Below, in pieces: positions 38,496-50,453 of a DNA stretch of 64,000 nt (its first letter is position 1; every line of letters starts with the position of its first letter). This DNA is from Eledone cirrhosa (Eukaryota): the NCBI GenBank assembly GCA_964016885.1, contig OZ024747.1, forward strand, positions 87,730,001 through 87,794,000. The letters run 5' to 3'. The translations under genes and the position numbers were made by a program. The notes under the pieces are model-generated. The model saw only the letters and a list, made by a program, of their open reading frames with translations, made no database searches and was not told the origin of the DNA.

Positions 38496-39007
38496 CTTTG
38501 TTAGACTATATATATGTGTTTGTGTCTATATTGTATCTGTATTTTTGACCGTTGGTCAGTCAATGGTAACATTGAGGACCGAATAAATTAAATTAACCGA
38601 TATAAAGGACACAGAAGCGAAAACCAACCAAACAGTGAGTGTGTTCTGTTATTAATTCTGGCAATATTATTACACAGAGTTACGGACCTTACGGTGTGAG
38701 TTCAAATCCCGTTGAGGTTAACTTTGCCTTTCACATATTCTCTACTTTGGTATTGAGCCCTATTTCTTTTTGTTCGTAAACCAAAGCCTATGGAAACATG
38801 TATATATAAATATTCATAGATTTGTACATATACGTATATACTTCCATACACACACACATTTTCCTGTGTGAGAGATGTACAGTTAGAAAGATAAAAGAGA
38901 GAGTAGGAAGGTTTGCATGGAATTTACATAGAATTTAGAAGCAGAAACAAACTAGTATAGATTGTATAGACTGGCTTGAAGAATGAAGTTGCATAAAACA
39001 TAAAATG

Positions 39008-39063
39008 TTATAATCTAACAACATCAGTCGTTGATGGGTGGGCTTTCACACCCCCGTCCCTTC
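39008..39063 (-). CDS. Candidate terminal exon (G)RDGGVKAHPSTTDVVRL*
   Basis: GC-richer unique island after a long T-rich tract; tandem acceptors caag| and gtag|. Confidence 0.35.
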
Positions 39064-41187
39064 CTACCATTCTTGCCGAAATAATAAATGAAGGAAAGAA
39101 AGAAACAAACAAAACACATATTACATAATAAAAACTAAAGGTAGGTGTTTTTGTTGTTTGTTTTTTTTTTCATAAAGAAAAGAAGACAAGAAGGAGAAAA
39201 TAAACATCATGATATGATTATTGGGAAATGATTTTTTCAAGGAATAATAATGTGAAATATGTTGGCATCTTTTACAGGAAAAAAAAAATACGAAGAAAGA
39301 AAACTATTGTTCAAAACAATGATAATAGCGCATTGATGAGATAAAGTAAAAGATGTAGGTGTTGTTATGGGAGAGGGAGCAGTTATCAAATATAAAACTA
39401 TCAGATGGAAAGAAAGTAAGAAAGAAAGAAGTAACGAAGAAAGAAAAGAAAGTATATAGAAAAAGAAAGAACAAGAAAAAAAAAAAAGAAACATCTTGAA
39501 TAGGAAGGAAAACAAAAAATACAATGAAGAAAACAAGAAAAATTCTACAAGAAAAAAAATTTAAGAGAAAAATTGTGTAATGAAATAAAATTACAAAAAT
39601 GAAGATGAAATAAACAATAAAAAGAAAAGAGAAGTGTATGGAGAGGAGGGGGGGCTAGAAATATGAATTGCATTCCATGAATTAACAAAACTCCCCAGAA
39701 AAATTAATAATAATAATAACAATAATGAGTGTGATACAGATAACAACATTAATGGTTAGAAAAACAATGATAATGATAATGATTATAATTGTTTCTACTA
39801 TTGGCACAAGGCCAGAAATTACCCAGTACATTACTGGTACTTTATTTTATCAATCCCATAAGGATGAAAGGCAAAGTTAACCTCGGCGGGATTTGAATGA
39901 TTATAATGATGGTAGATGTAGTATTGAGGATGATGATAATACTGCTGCTGGTGGCATTGGCAATACAGAAGCTGGTGGTGATGGTGGTGTTGGTGAAGGT
40001 AATGGTTACACTGATGATGATGATGAATGCACAAACATTGAGCAGAAAATTGCACAAAAAATATGCCTAACCCTAAAGACTAATGTAGTAAATCTCATCA
40101 TTATTTTTTCAAGATTTCATTTGAAAATGGTGTCTGCATATATAGATATGTAAACATATGTATGTGTACATACATACATGTGTGTAGATGTGTGGGAGTA
40201 ACTTTGCAAATTAGAGGGAGCTGAAAAATAATAAAAATAAAGATGAAGATGATGATGATGATAATATAAGTGGGGAATATAATTTAAAAGAAAAACACAA
40301 CTAGTTCAGATATTTAAGGAATTGTGATAAGAAAAATTCTTTTGTACTTTCCATAGATTTGACATAATCAGAACATCAAAAAACCTTATATATATATATA
40401 GCAAATTTATGTAGGGTTTTCATAGAACATACTACAAATTAGATGGGTAATGGAATGATCTAGAATCTTTCCATAAAAGAGCTATGAGTGGGCTTTAAAA
40501 CACTCTTTACTTTCATTTGTACATATTAGGCTTGCAAGAAAAGTAAAAAAGAAAATAGAAATTTTAAAACGGCTCTAATTTATTTATATTAAAATGTAAA
40601 ATAAATGAATAAAAATTATTTTTTTAAATAAATTCAAATATTTACATGCATACATGCATGTATAAAGTTTGTATGCATGTGTACCAGGTTATGCAATAAT
40701 GCACATAGGTATGTAAAGTATGTGAGCATGTGCATCAGCCACATTTTTCAGAAATGCACATGTATGTTTAAAATATAAACTGTGTGTGAATACATATGTG
40801 TCAAATAAGAGAAATGCACATGTGTGTATTAAGTAGAAGTTTTCGTCTGTTATACTGTTGCTGTATAGTAAAACAGTAATGTATGTGTCCCTCCACCCAT
40901 CCATGGGCTCTGAATTCCTGATGGAGTCTTAGGGGCGATGTCTTCAAACCTGGCAGAGCCTATCCCCCACCAGAACTGAACATAACCAATTTCTTCCAGT
41001 GAGAAGTGGGGGTGGGGGGAAGCAATAGAGAAGAATCAATCCCAATACTTGACTGGCATTTTATTTATTAACCTTGAAGGATGAGAGAAAAGTTCAAACA
41101 CAGAAGAATTTGAACTCAACGCATAGTTAGAATGAACAATGTAAAGTATTTGGGCTGACTTTCTAATGCCTCAGTCAATTTGCTGAC

Positions 41188-41403
41188 TTAACTTTTTAGC
41201 ATTTACATTACTCTATATTTACTATTGTATGTTCGCAGTAAATGCTTTACCTCACATAATATCGAATCTACGAGATTTTAATATTATTTATTTTGAGAAC
41301 AATACCTTAACATCAGTATGAGTGGCCAGTTACAGCCGGTTTGAACAGAAAGAAGTGAGATAATTCTAGGCGGATACAGCCAGTTTAAATGCTAAAGGGT
41401 TAA
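41188..41403. mobile_element. piggyBac-type MITE family A, copy 2
   Basis: TTAA ends, TIR TAAATGCTAAAGGG, internal similarity to 26305. Confidence 0.85.
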
Positions 41404-44400
41404 TGTTTGTATATAAAATGTAGTGTGCACGTGAGTGTATAAAATTATAGAGCAACAGTATATATGTATAAATTACAAGAATGTAGTGTGCATATGTAAA
41501 TTGCTGAGTGTCTGTGTGTGAATGTCTTAAACTAGTTTATGTATATAAATAAAAAGAGTTGTAGTGTATCAACAATAAGAATGTAATGTCTAAGACTAGT
41601 GTACATGTATAAATTGTAAGATTGCAGTGGTATGTGTATGTGTGTGTTTGTGTGTATGTGCTTACATAATTATAACATGTAAGGTTTTAGTGTGGGTGTG
41701 AGTGTGTATGTGAATGAGTGTTTGTGTGCACATGTGTGCAAGTGGCAAAATGTATAAGAATTTTTTAAAGATGATCACAAAAAGAAGCCACTGCTGCTGA
41801 TAGAACGATAGCAAAGATTTTCAAAGAGAAACATCATCATTATTATTGTTGTTATTATTATCATCATGTTATTATTAAATACTACCAGCATATGGTTTGA
41901 TGCCAGTTAATGAGACAATTATTCTGATACAGCATAACAGACACACATCTTTCTTCCTTTCTTTAGCATCTCCTCCCACCACATTTTTCTACTTTCTGTC
42001 TTTAATAGATAAATATGACACACTTATCCTCACATATCAAAAGATTGAAGAAACCACCCCCTATTTTTTTACTTTTTTAATTAAGCCCTGAAATAAAAAC
42101 AATAAATGCCATTTGATGTAATGAGAAGGCGAGATAGGGGCATAGAGATAACGTTTGATAAGCTATGGTAAGGTAAATGCAAATAAGTGGATACAGTTAA
42201 CAAGAATATTGTGGGTGTGGTAGTGGTGTTGGTGTAGATAGTGGCAGTGATTGGAGTAGCGGAACCAGCAGCTTCCCATATGTTTTGAGTTCAAATCCTG
42301 CTGAGGTCATGATCCAGAAACTCCTAATAAATATATTTTGTACTTTGTGCAATTATTTTTGGTTTTATATTTTATATTTTTTGTATGGTCGCGTAACTCC
42401 CAATAGAGTTGTAAGGGTGCCATATTGACATACAGCGTTTCTTGGGCATTTTTAAGCCTAGCAGAGCCCATCCCCTCACCAGGCCTGAGTACAGCAGATT
42501 TCTTCCAGAGAAAAATAGCAAGTGAGAGAGAGGAAATGAGAAAGAGATATAGAGGAAGAAACGACCTAATAGTAGACTGGTAAGTTTTTTATCAACCTCA
42601 AAAGGATGAAAGGCAAAGTTGACCGTGGCGGGATTTGAACTCCAAGAGCAGAGAGATGGAATGAATACCACAAAGCATTCTATCCGATGTTCTAACAACT
42701 CTGCCAATTCGCCACCTACAGACTTTATATTACATGACAATAAAAACCTTTTTGGGAATCATTCATTTATGATCTGAGTTCAAATCCCACCGAGGTTAAC
42801 TTTGCCTTTCATCCTTACGGGGTCGATAAAATAAAGTACCAGTAATGCACTGGGATAATTGCTGGCCTTGTGCCTAAAGTAGAAACAATTATTTGATATA
42901 TTATTTCCTATGGATTGGCAGAGTCGTTAGAGCATCAGACAAATGTTGAGCAGTATTTGTTCTGGCTCTTTATGTTCTGAGTTCAAAACACTGCACTGTG
43001 ACTAAATATGTGGTGAGTTAACTTCAAGATTTTTGAGTGAAATTAGCTAAACATAAGCTGTATGGAAGCCATTTGATAGGCTTCCATATAGTATATGTAA
43101 TTCACTGGTTTAACTGTGTCATGCAAATTTTTTCTGAGTATTCCATTAAGAATACACATGCCTGTGGAATACTCAGCCACTTACATGCTATCAAAATGAG
43201 TGGGTTTGACATTTGAACAAACTATTAGAATGCTCGTCATCAGAAATGAAGAAGGATCTATTCAACAATATGTTCCAGTTGTTTGGGGAAGGGAAGAGAG
43301 CCTACTTGCTAAATCAATGTGTAGAAGTTCTAAAAGCATATGTACCCTGAAAGCAATTCTCAGGGAGATTCACCATGAACCAGTGTGTGTAATGTAATTT
43401 ACATTAAAATACAATTAATCAATAAAACTAAAATAACTTGGCAAAAAATCTATTTATTTGTCAAAACCTAAATATATATTTTTAAGAAGACCCCATAATT
43501 ATTACCAAACATAATGAAGGAATGGAATGGCAAAAACAGTAGCAATCTAGGTCAAATACTTTTTAATATTTTGTTCTGTTCCTCTACATTCTGAGTTCAA
43601 AAGGCACTAGAGTTAACTTCGCTTGAGAAGAGAAGAGAAACTCACTAAAATAAGTATCAGCAGTATGCTATGACCTATTTAATCAACTATATAGCTTATA
43701 AATTGGCTTAGAGACAAACCAGAAGAATTCGCCATTGTTATTATTATTACTTTATTTTATTGCCCACAAAAGCCATGAGTGAGATATCACAAGAACAGAT
43801 TACAGAAAATATAGGGGTTTACACAGAAATCAGACCAAAGAATTATATGATGTGCAAACTATACAAATGTTTGACAGAATCTGCCCCGAAAAGTAGGACC
43901 ACCACCAAAACCAATCAAAGTACCCCACATATCCAGAATTACTCTGAATTCTAAAAGTAAGTGCTCTCTCATCATTCTGGGGTGGCTGGAGTAGGCATAT
44001 CATTGGCAGAAAATAGAGTAATTGAATTAACCAGAGTATATAACAGAATAATTAAGCTTAGACTAATGTAATTGTTGTTGTTGTTGTCCTACTTTTTTCC
44101 TTCTTCTTCTACTTGTGATAGTGTAGAGTATTTAACTGTGAAAGTCATTATAAATAAGGTGTATGTATATGTTGATATGATTGCATGTGTGTATGTATAT
44201 TTATGTAGATGTGTAATTGTATACAATGCTACTATAATACGGAACATACTCATTCTCTCTTATATACACATATATACACCAGGTCCAAACACAAAAGAAC
44301 CAAATTCCCACTATCACTGCCTCTGTCTCTCCCGCTCTACCTATCTCTCACTATTGTGAGCAAATGAGGGTCCATGTGCTGGCTGCCCTGCGACCCCAGT

Positions 44401-44863
44401 GGACAGAATAGAGAAGACATTTTCCCGAGGATGGTGAAGGAGATGCAGGCAACAAAATGGTAACAGTGATCTCTGTATATCCTTCACAAACAGGATTGAC
44501 AGATAAACAAAATTATCATATCTTCTTGTAGACACCTTGATAATGGATAAGAGCAACATTATTATCCCATCTTGTGAATATAATGGACGTTGGGAAACAC
44601 GATGACAGTTACATTAATGTACATAATATGGTACAATGATATGGTACACATGTACAATATATATGTACAAAGAATGAGGAGAGATCAAGGCTCTTAAAAT
44701 TATATTATGCAAATGACCAAACCATCTGCAAAACTAAGTTCAGAAAGCAATTATCTGCCTTAACACCTATCACTCGGGTGAATATGCAAGCCGGAAAGAC
44801 TTCACTAGGATTGATCTAATCAATTTATCTTTTCCTCGTAAAATTGTGGGCTCTCTGCTTCAT

Positions 44864-45062
44864 AGGTGGATTGGCAGTATAGGTAGAGCGACAGACAATA
44901 TGCTTTGCAGTATAGAGTTTCGGCCCTTTGCGTTCTGAGTTCAAATCCTGCCATGGTTAGCTTTGCCTTTCATCCTTACAGAGTCAATAAAATAAAGTAT
45001 CGATTTAATCGACTTTCCCCTCCGCCAAATTGTTGGCCTTGTGCCTAGATAAGAAACCATTA
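44864..45062 (+). mobile_element. SINE family A; other copies ~7478-7615 (-), 39787-39897 (-), 42580-42715 (-), 42768-42892 (+), 60290-60405 (+)
   Basis: Consensus matches. Confidence 0.8.
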
Positions 45063-46494
45063 TAATTATTATTACTACTATTATTGTTCTTGTTTTTGTT
45101 GTTGTTGCTAATGACTGAGCTTCAGCTATAGGAGGAGTTTGTCGTTAGTAAACAACGATACAACACTGTCTGCTCTCAATGAAACAAACTAAAAGATCAA
45201 CTTTTGAAAAGAGTTACTATATAGATTCCTGAGAGTAAACTACCTCTATTATACTAACATCACTATATCATCACTATCATTACAACAGTCATCATACTAC
45301 TAAGTGTAGCAACATATGATATGTATATCCATACCATTACCATCCCTACTAACTGTAGCAACATATGATCTTTATATACATACTATTCCTACTACTATTA
45401 TAATCATATCACTACAAGATACCTTCACACCCCAACTATCACAAATGAAAGAGGAAATGTTTATGTGATTGTTCAAACTGCTAGAAATAGCGGCCAAATG
45501 AAACACAAACACACACATATATATATATTTGATTTCATAGTTTTTTATAGTAATAGTGATGGAAGTGGTTCTTGTTCAACACAAGGACTGCAGACCTATG
45601 ATCAAAGATGTGACCAGCCATGACCATTGTGAATTTTTTTGACATCCTACCCAACAACACATTATCTAATGTATCCATTATTATTATTATTATTATATTT
45701 TTCGGAGGGGGGGGGGGGGTCATTTCAGGGAGATTTTGCTGTGATATACACTTGATTGACAGACAGACAGAGACAGATAGATAGACATAGATAAATAGAT
45801 AGATTATGTGGATATGAATAGGTTTTAAATTCCATTGGTGTTTATGATTGATTGATGTTTGGATTATGTATGTGTATAGATTGTGTGTGTGTATGTGTTT
45901 AAGGGATGAAAGGTGACAACATAATTGTTTCTACTTTAGGCACAAGGCCAGCAAATTACCCAGAACATTACTGGTACTTTATTTTATCGACCCCGATGAT
46001 GGTAGATTGTGTTTAACAGTATGAATCTGTATATGTAACAATATTAAAAGTGTGTTTATGATGTGACATAAAGAAAGTGGTTGTTGTTATGCAATAGTAG
46101 TGCTGCATGTGTGTGTGTGTGTGCTTGTGTGTATGAATGTTAACATGAATGGTGTATATCAGATACAGTTGGCAGTAGTCATGGTAGTGATGGTTGTGTT
46201 CATATGAATTTATGTGTGTGTGTGTTTGTATGTATGTATGAGCATGTGCATGTATGTATTTTTACAGAACAAATATTTTGTGCAAATATTAAATCCCATT
46301 ACAAGTCGCAACAACAATGGGGATTACCTCTAATATCCTCCACAACACACAGACATGGATAAACACAGACACACACATGGTTGACAGAAAGCCACATATA
46401 GAAATATTTTCCGGTGTGTCCCAGTTCTTTAGTCAATGAAAATATCTGTTCACATGCCAGTAAGAAATGTTGTAATGACCAATGAAAGACTTTG

Positions 46495-46538
46495 TCAAAT
46501 GGCATCAACTTTTGTGGAACCATAATCTCCCTCATTCT
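46495..46538 (-). CDS. Candidate terminal exon (E)NEGDYGSTKVDAI*
   Basis: tgtgtttgatag| acceptor; unique sequence. Confidence 0.3.
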
Positions 46539-47104
46539 CTATCAAACACACACACATACGCAAATATTTACATGCTGCCAGGCATATATATGTAGACATT
46601 CATATACAGACATATAGATGAACTCCTATAAAGTTATGTACACAAACACACATTTACAGGCATTCTCACATATAAACATTTGCGTACACTCACACATTTA
46701 AGAGCATTCGCAATGCATATATTTACATACACTGACTCACACACAAATTTGCATACATTCACACATGTACACATATTACACATTTACATAGACTTCCCTT
46801 TTATCTTTTTCTGTATCTCAAGTGGTTATTTGAAATACAGTGGGAGTATTAAGGAGAATTATCTGATATGTATGTGGTCTATATGTAGTTTGATGCATGC
46901 ATGTGTGAATACATATATACATATACATAAATATATATATAAATTATATAGATATATATATAAATATATATACATATACACACACACACATATACGTGTG
47001 TGTGTTTGTTCCTTTCATAACAAAACAAGAAGCATAATTAAGCAGGTCACAAATAAATTATTTTTATTCTATTTACTGAATTGTGTGTTATTCCATGAAG
47101 TATG

Positions 47105-47943
47105 TCATCATCACCGTTTTACGTCCGTTCTTCCACGCTAGCATGGGTTAGACGGGTTGTCCTGTTGTGGGCAGTGTCTGGTCGGCTGACCATGCCTTGC
47201 TCATACAGGAACTGATCTGGCTTGATTTCTACAGCTGGATGCCCTTCCTAACACCAACCTCATTTACAGTGAGTGGTGGGTGCTTTTTCGTGGCGCCTAC
47301 ACGTCCACTTTACAGTGTGGGCTGGGTGCTTTTTTGCCGTGGCACCTCCACGACCACCTTGCGGTGGGGGGTGTGGGGGCATATTGTTTATATGCTTCAG
47401 CATGTACCCATGGGAGGTCGGGTACCCTGTATTACTGCGTGACGCCAGAAGTCACGGTCGTGTGTCATTGACTTTGAGAGGTGTAGTTGGGTAAGGTCGG
47501 CTTTTATCACCTCATCCCAAGTCATCTTGGGTCTCCCCACTCCGCGGTTTCCATCAACTTCTAGTGCTCTGCACCTTTTTATGCAGCTGTCATCCTTCAT
47601 ACGCATCACATGTCCATACCAGCGTAACCGCCTCTCCTGCACGCAGCATTTGATTCCTCTTATGCTCAGTCTCTCTCTCAATTCCTTTATGCTTTGTCGT
47701 TCACGTATATTACTGTTACACATCCATCGGAGCATGCAGGCTTTGTTTCTCTCTAATCTACGTAAGTCTTCCACCTTCAGCGCCCAGGTCTCACTACCAT
47801 GCAACATCGCTGTTCGGATACACGCATCATACAGTCTGCCTTTCATTCTGAGGGAGAAGCCTTTTGCAGCTAGCAGTGGTAGTAGTTCCCTAAACTTCTT
47901 CCATCCCGTTCTTACCCTAGTTATTGTACTTTCTGAGCACCCA
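47105..47943 (-). mobile_element. 5'-truncated RTE LINE, sister subfamily
   Basis: [22 protein letters not shown]...LRWYGHVMRMKDD...GRPKMTW; own 3' UTR and (TGA)n tail. Confidence 0.92.
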
Positions 47944-48769
47944 GTAATGTATGTAATGCCTCAGGGAGTTAAATGACCCTACTTTGTATACTTCCTGTGG
48001 TATTGTCCTTCCTATGGTATTGGCTCTCACTTGAGCCAAGAACTAAGCAAGAAAACCCTAAAAGAAACCATGCCATGTGGCAACAATGAGGGCTAATATT
48101 TTCTTGGAATCACCACTGCTGGGATCATAACTGACATTCGTTGTGACATATCCATAGTGGTGAGAAATAACTTACATTCGTTGTGACATATCCATAGTGG
48201 TGAGAAATAACTTCAGCTCCTCCCTAAGAAAGTGTCAATAGTAACCTTGCAAAAGATAGAAAGTTGTTTCTAACCAATTGGAGACGGTTGCTTCTGACAG
48301 GACCCACCGGAAGGAGTGTTTGAGGACTCTACTCTACCCCCACGACCCTCCCAAGCAGAAGAAGAAGATTATTCAGTGCATTTTAAGCTTTCTCATACTG
48401 GTGAGAAACAACTGCAGCTCCTCCCTAAGAAAGTATCAATAGTAGCTCTTGCAAGCATCATTCAAGATTATGTATGCCCATGCCATTCAAAGAGATTCCT
48501 GGAGGATGGTAGCATTCAAATAACTATGGGGGTAGTAGTTATGGTTGCGAGTAATCAACATCACTAGAGACATTGATCTATATCTGAAATATAGTATCAG
48601 TGTGAGAAGAGAGTGTGTGTTTGTGTGTAAGAGAGAGAGGAGGGGTGTGAGGAAGGATGGCAAGGATCAGGTTAACACTTTCATTACTATATTTAAAAAA
48701 TGAAGGAGAGTTTAAATCTTAAATATGAACACTTTAAAACAATTAGCGTTATATCATATTCCTTTTTTA

Positions 48770-48988
48770 TATAAAAGGAAGATTCAATGCAAACTTTCTG
48801 TAACTGCCCCTAGTTCCATGATGATGATGATCATCATCATTTTATGTCCGCTTTTCCCGACTTGTAAGAGTGGGAATAGGACCCGTCCCACCCTTGCAAG
48901 CAAGGAAAAGCAGACGTAAAATTATGATGATCATCATCATAGAACTAGGGGCAATTTGAGAAAGTTTGCACTGAATCTTCCTTTTATA
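48770..48988. repeat. ~220-bp imperfect palindrome (fold-back) with a 10-nt loop
   Basis: 48770-48875 is an imperfect reverse complement of 48886-48988. Confidence 0.85.
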
Positions 48989-49663
48989 AAAACAAAATCA
49001 AGGAACTGGTCAATATAAAACATTTTATCTCTCTGACTGTCCCTCTGTTTCCATTTTACTCTTTTACTTTCTTCATTTCTGTTTTACTTTCTCTCATTTA
49101 CCTCTCTTTCTCTCTTCCTTTTTACTTATTATCTCTTGTCATTTACTCATTCAAACTTCCTGTTTTTCTCTCTAACTTTCTGTATATGTGTGTATCAGTC
49201 TATATTTAGGTTTAACTATTAGTGTAACTATGTATATGTGAATGTGTGTGTGTGTGTGTGCGTGCGTGGTATACATATCAGTTTATATTTAAGATTAACC
49301 ATTAGTGTATCTATGTGTGTGTATAATTCATGTGTGTGCATGAGTGACAGCACTTTTATGTAAGCTAAAGAGAGAAACAGTTTAAGATGTTTGTACTCTC
49401 TCTCTCTCTCTCACTGATGCTCCTTGGGAATATATTATTCAAGCTGCTCCAAAGAGTTTCCTGTCTTCAGTGATACGAATGTTTAACCAGATTTTACTGT
49501 TTAAGAGATGTAATGGCAATGGTTATTTTTAAATAGTATGATGTACATTGTCAATACCATGAACAACAGTCTCTCAGACTTAACCCTGACATTACCATAT
49601 TTCTAATGAAAGACTGCCTAAGATTTTCAAGCAATGTCCTCCCTTTATTTGAAGAAGATTTAG

Positions 49664-49776
49664 TTGTGACCGTGTAGGAGTTACCTATAGCCTATTGGCT
49701 CATAGGGTTATTAATGAAGCTTTCTGTGATAACCCTATGAGCCAATAAGCTATAGGAAACTCCTACATAGTCACAA
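49664..49776. repeat. Hairpin with 48-bp arms (44/48 complementary) and a 17-nt loop
   Basis: TTGTGAC...CATAGGGTTAT / ATAACCCTATG...GTCACAA; outer TGTCCTCCCTTT/AAAGGGAGGACA. Confidence 0.9.
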
Positions 49777-50321
49777 AAAGGGAGGACATATTATATAATG
49801 AGTTCTTTATATAGTATGCTTAAGAAAAAGATGGGATAATCATAGCTAGAGTGTCTTTGATCACAGGTCCACTCAATCAAAGTTGACTTGAGCCTCAGCA
49901 ATAACAACAATGAAAACAAAAAATAAAAATAAATAACAACAAGCAGAATATAGACATGAGCAAGTTCATGAAACTAAGAGACTAACAAACAGTAAATAAT
50001 GTCAGTACTAATTACTAAGAGCAAAGGTACCAGTAAAGTTGAATTAAATCCAAGCTGATACCAATGTCAACTAATCATTCTGGTTGAATTCTCACAGACA
50101 GCACACTATCTTAAGCCACAATCTCCACTCCTCCTCCACCAGAAATAGACAACCACAATGAGTCTTATCTTGCACGTGTCAGCTGAACAATCATTGTAAT
50201 GACTACGATAATGATGATGATGTAATAGTATTTGTCATTAGTTACTTAAGGTCACTTACATTGTGAACTGACTCACACACTGATCACCTCCAGCCAGTCA
50301 CTAGTCACTATGATAGCTTAC

Positions 50322-50453
50322 AAAACAAGATAGTCTCTGCTGTTTGCTTATTTTCTGTTGTTGTTCCTTTAGTTTCATTAGTTTCAGGTTAATTTGCATC
50401 TCTGTTGGAGATAGCATGGTGGTGATTGTTTTGGGAAGTGAGGTACCTATTGT
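50322..50453 (-). CDS. Candidate exon, 132 nt (phase 0 TIGTSLPK...QRLSCF, or phase 1 DNRYLTSQNNHHHAISNRDAN*)
   Basis: aatttccag| acceptor and |gtaagc donor. Confidence 0.35.

Noticed and set aside
48134-48213. 40-bp tandem duplication beside an RTE tail
   Set aside because: Ordinary local duplication with no further structure
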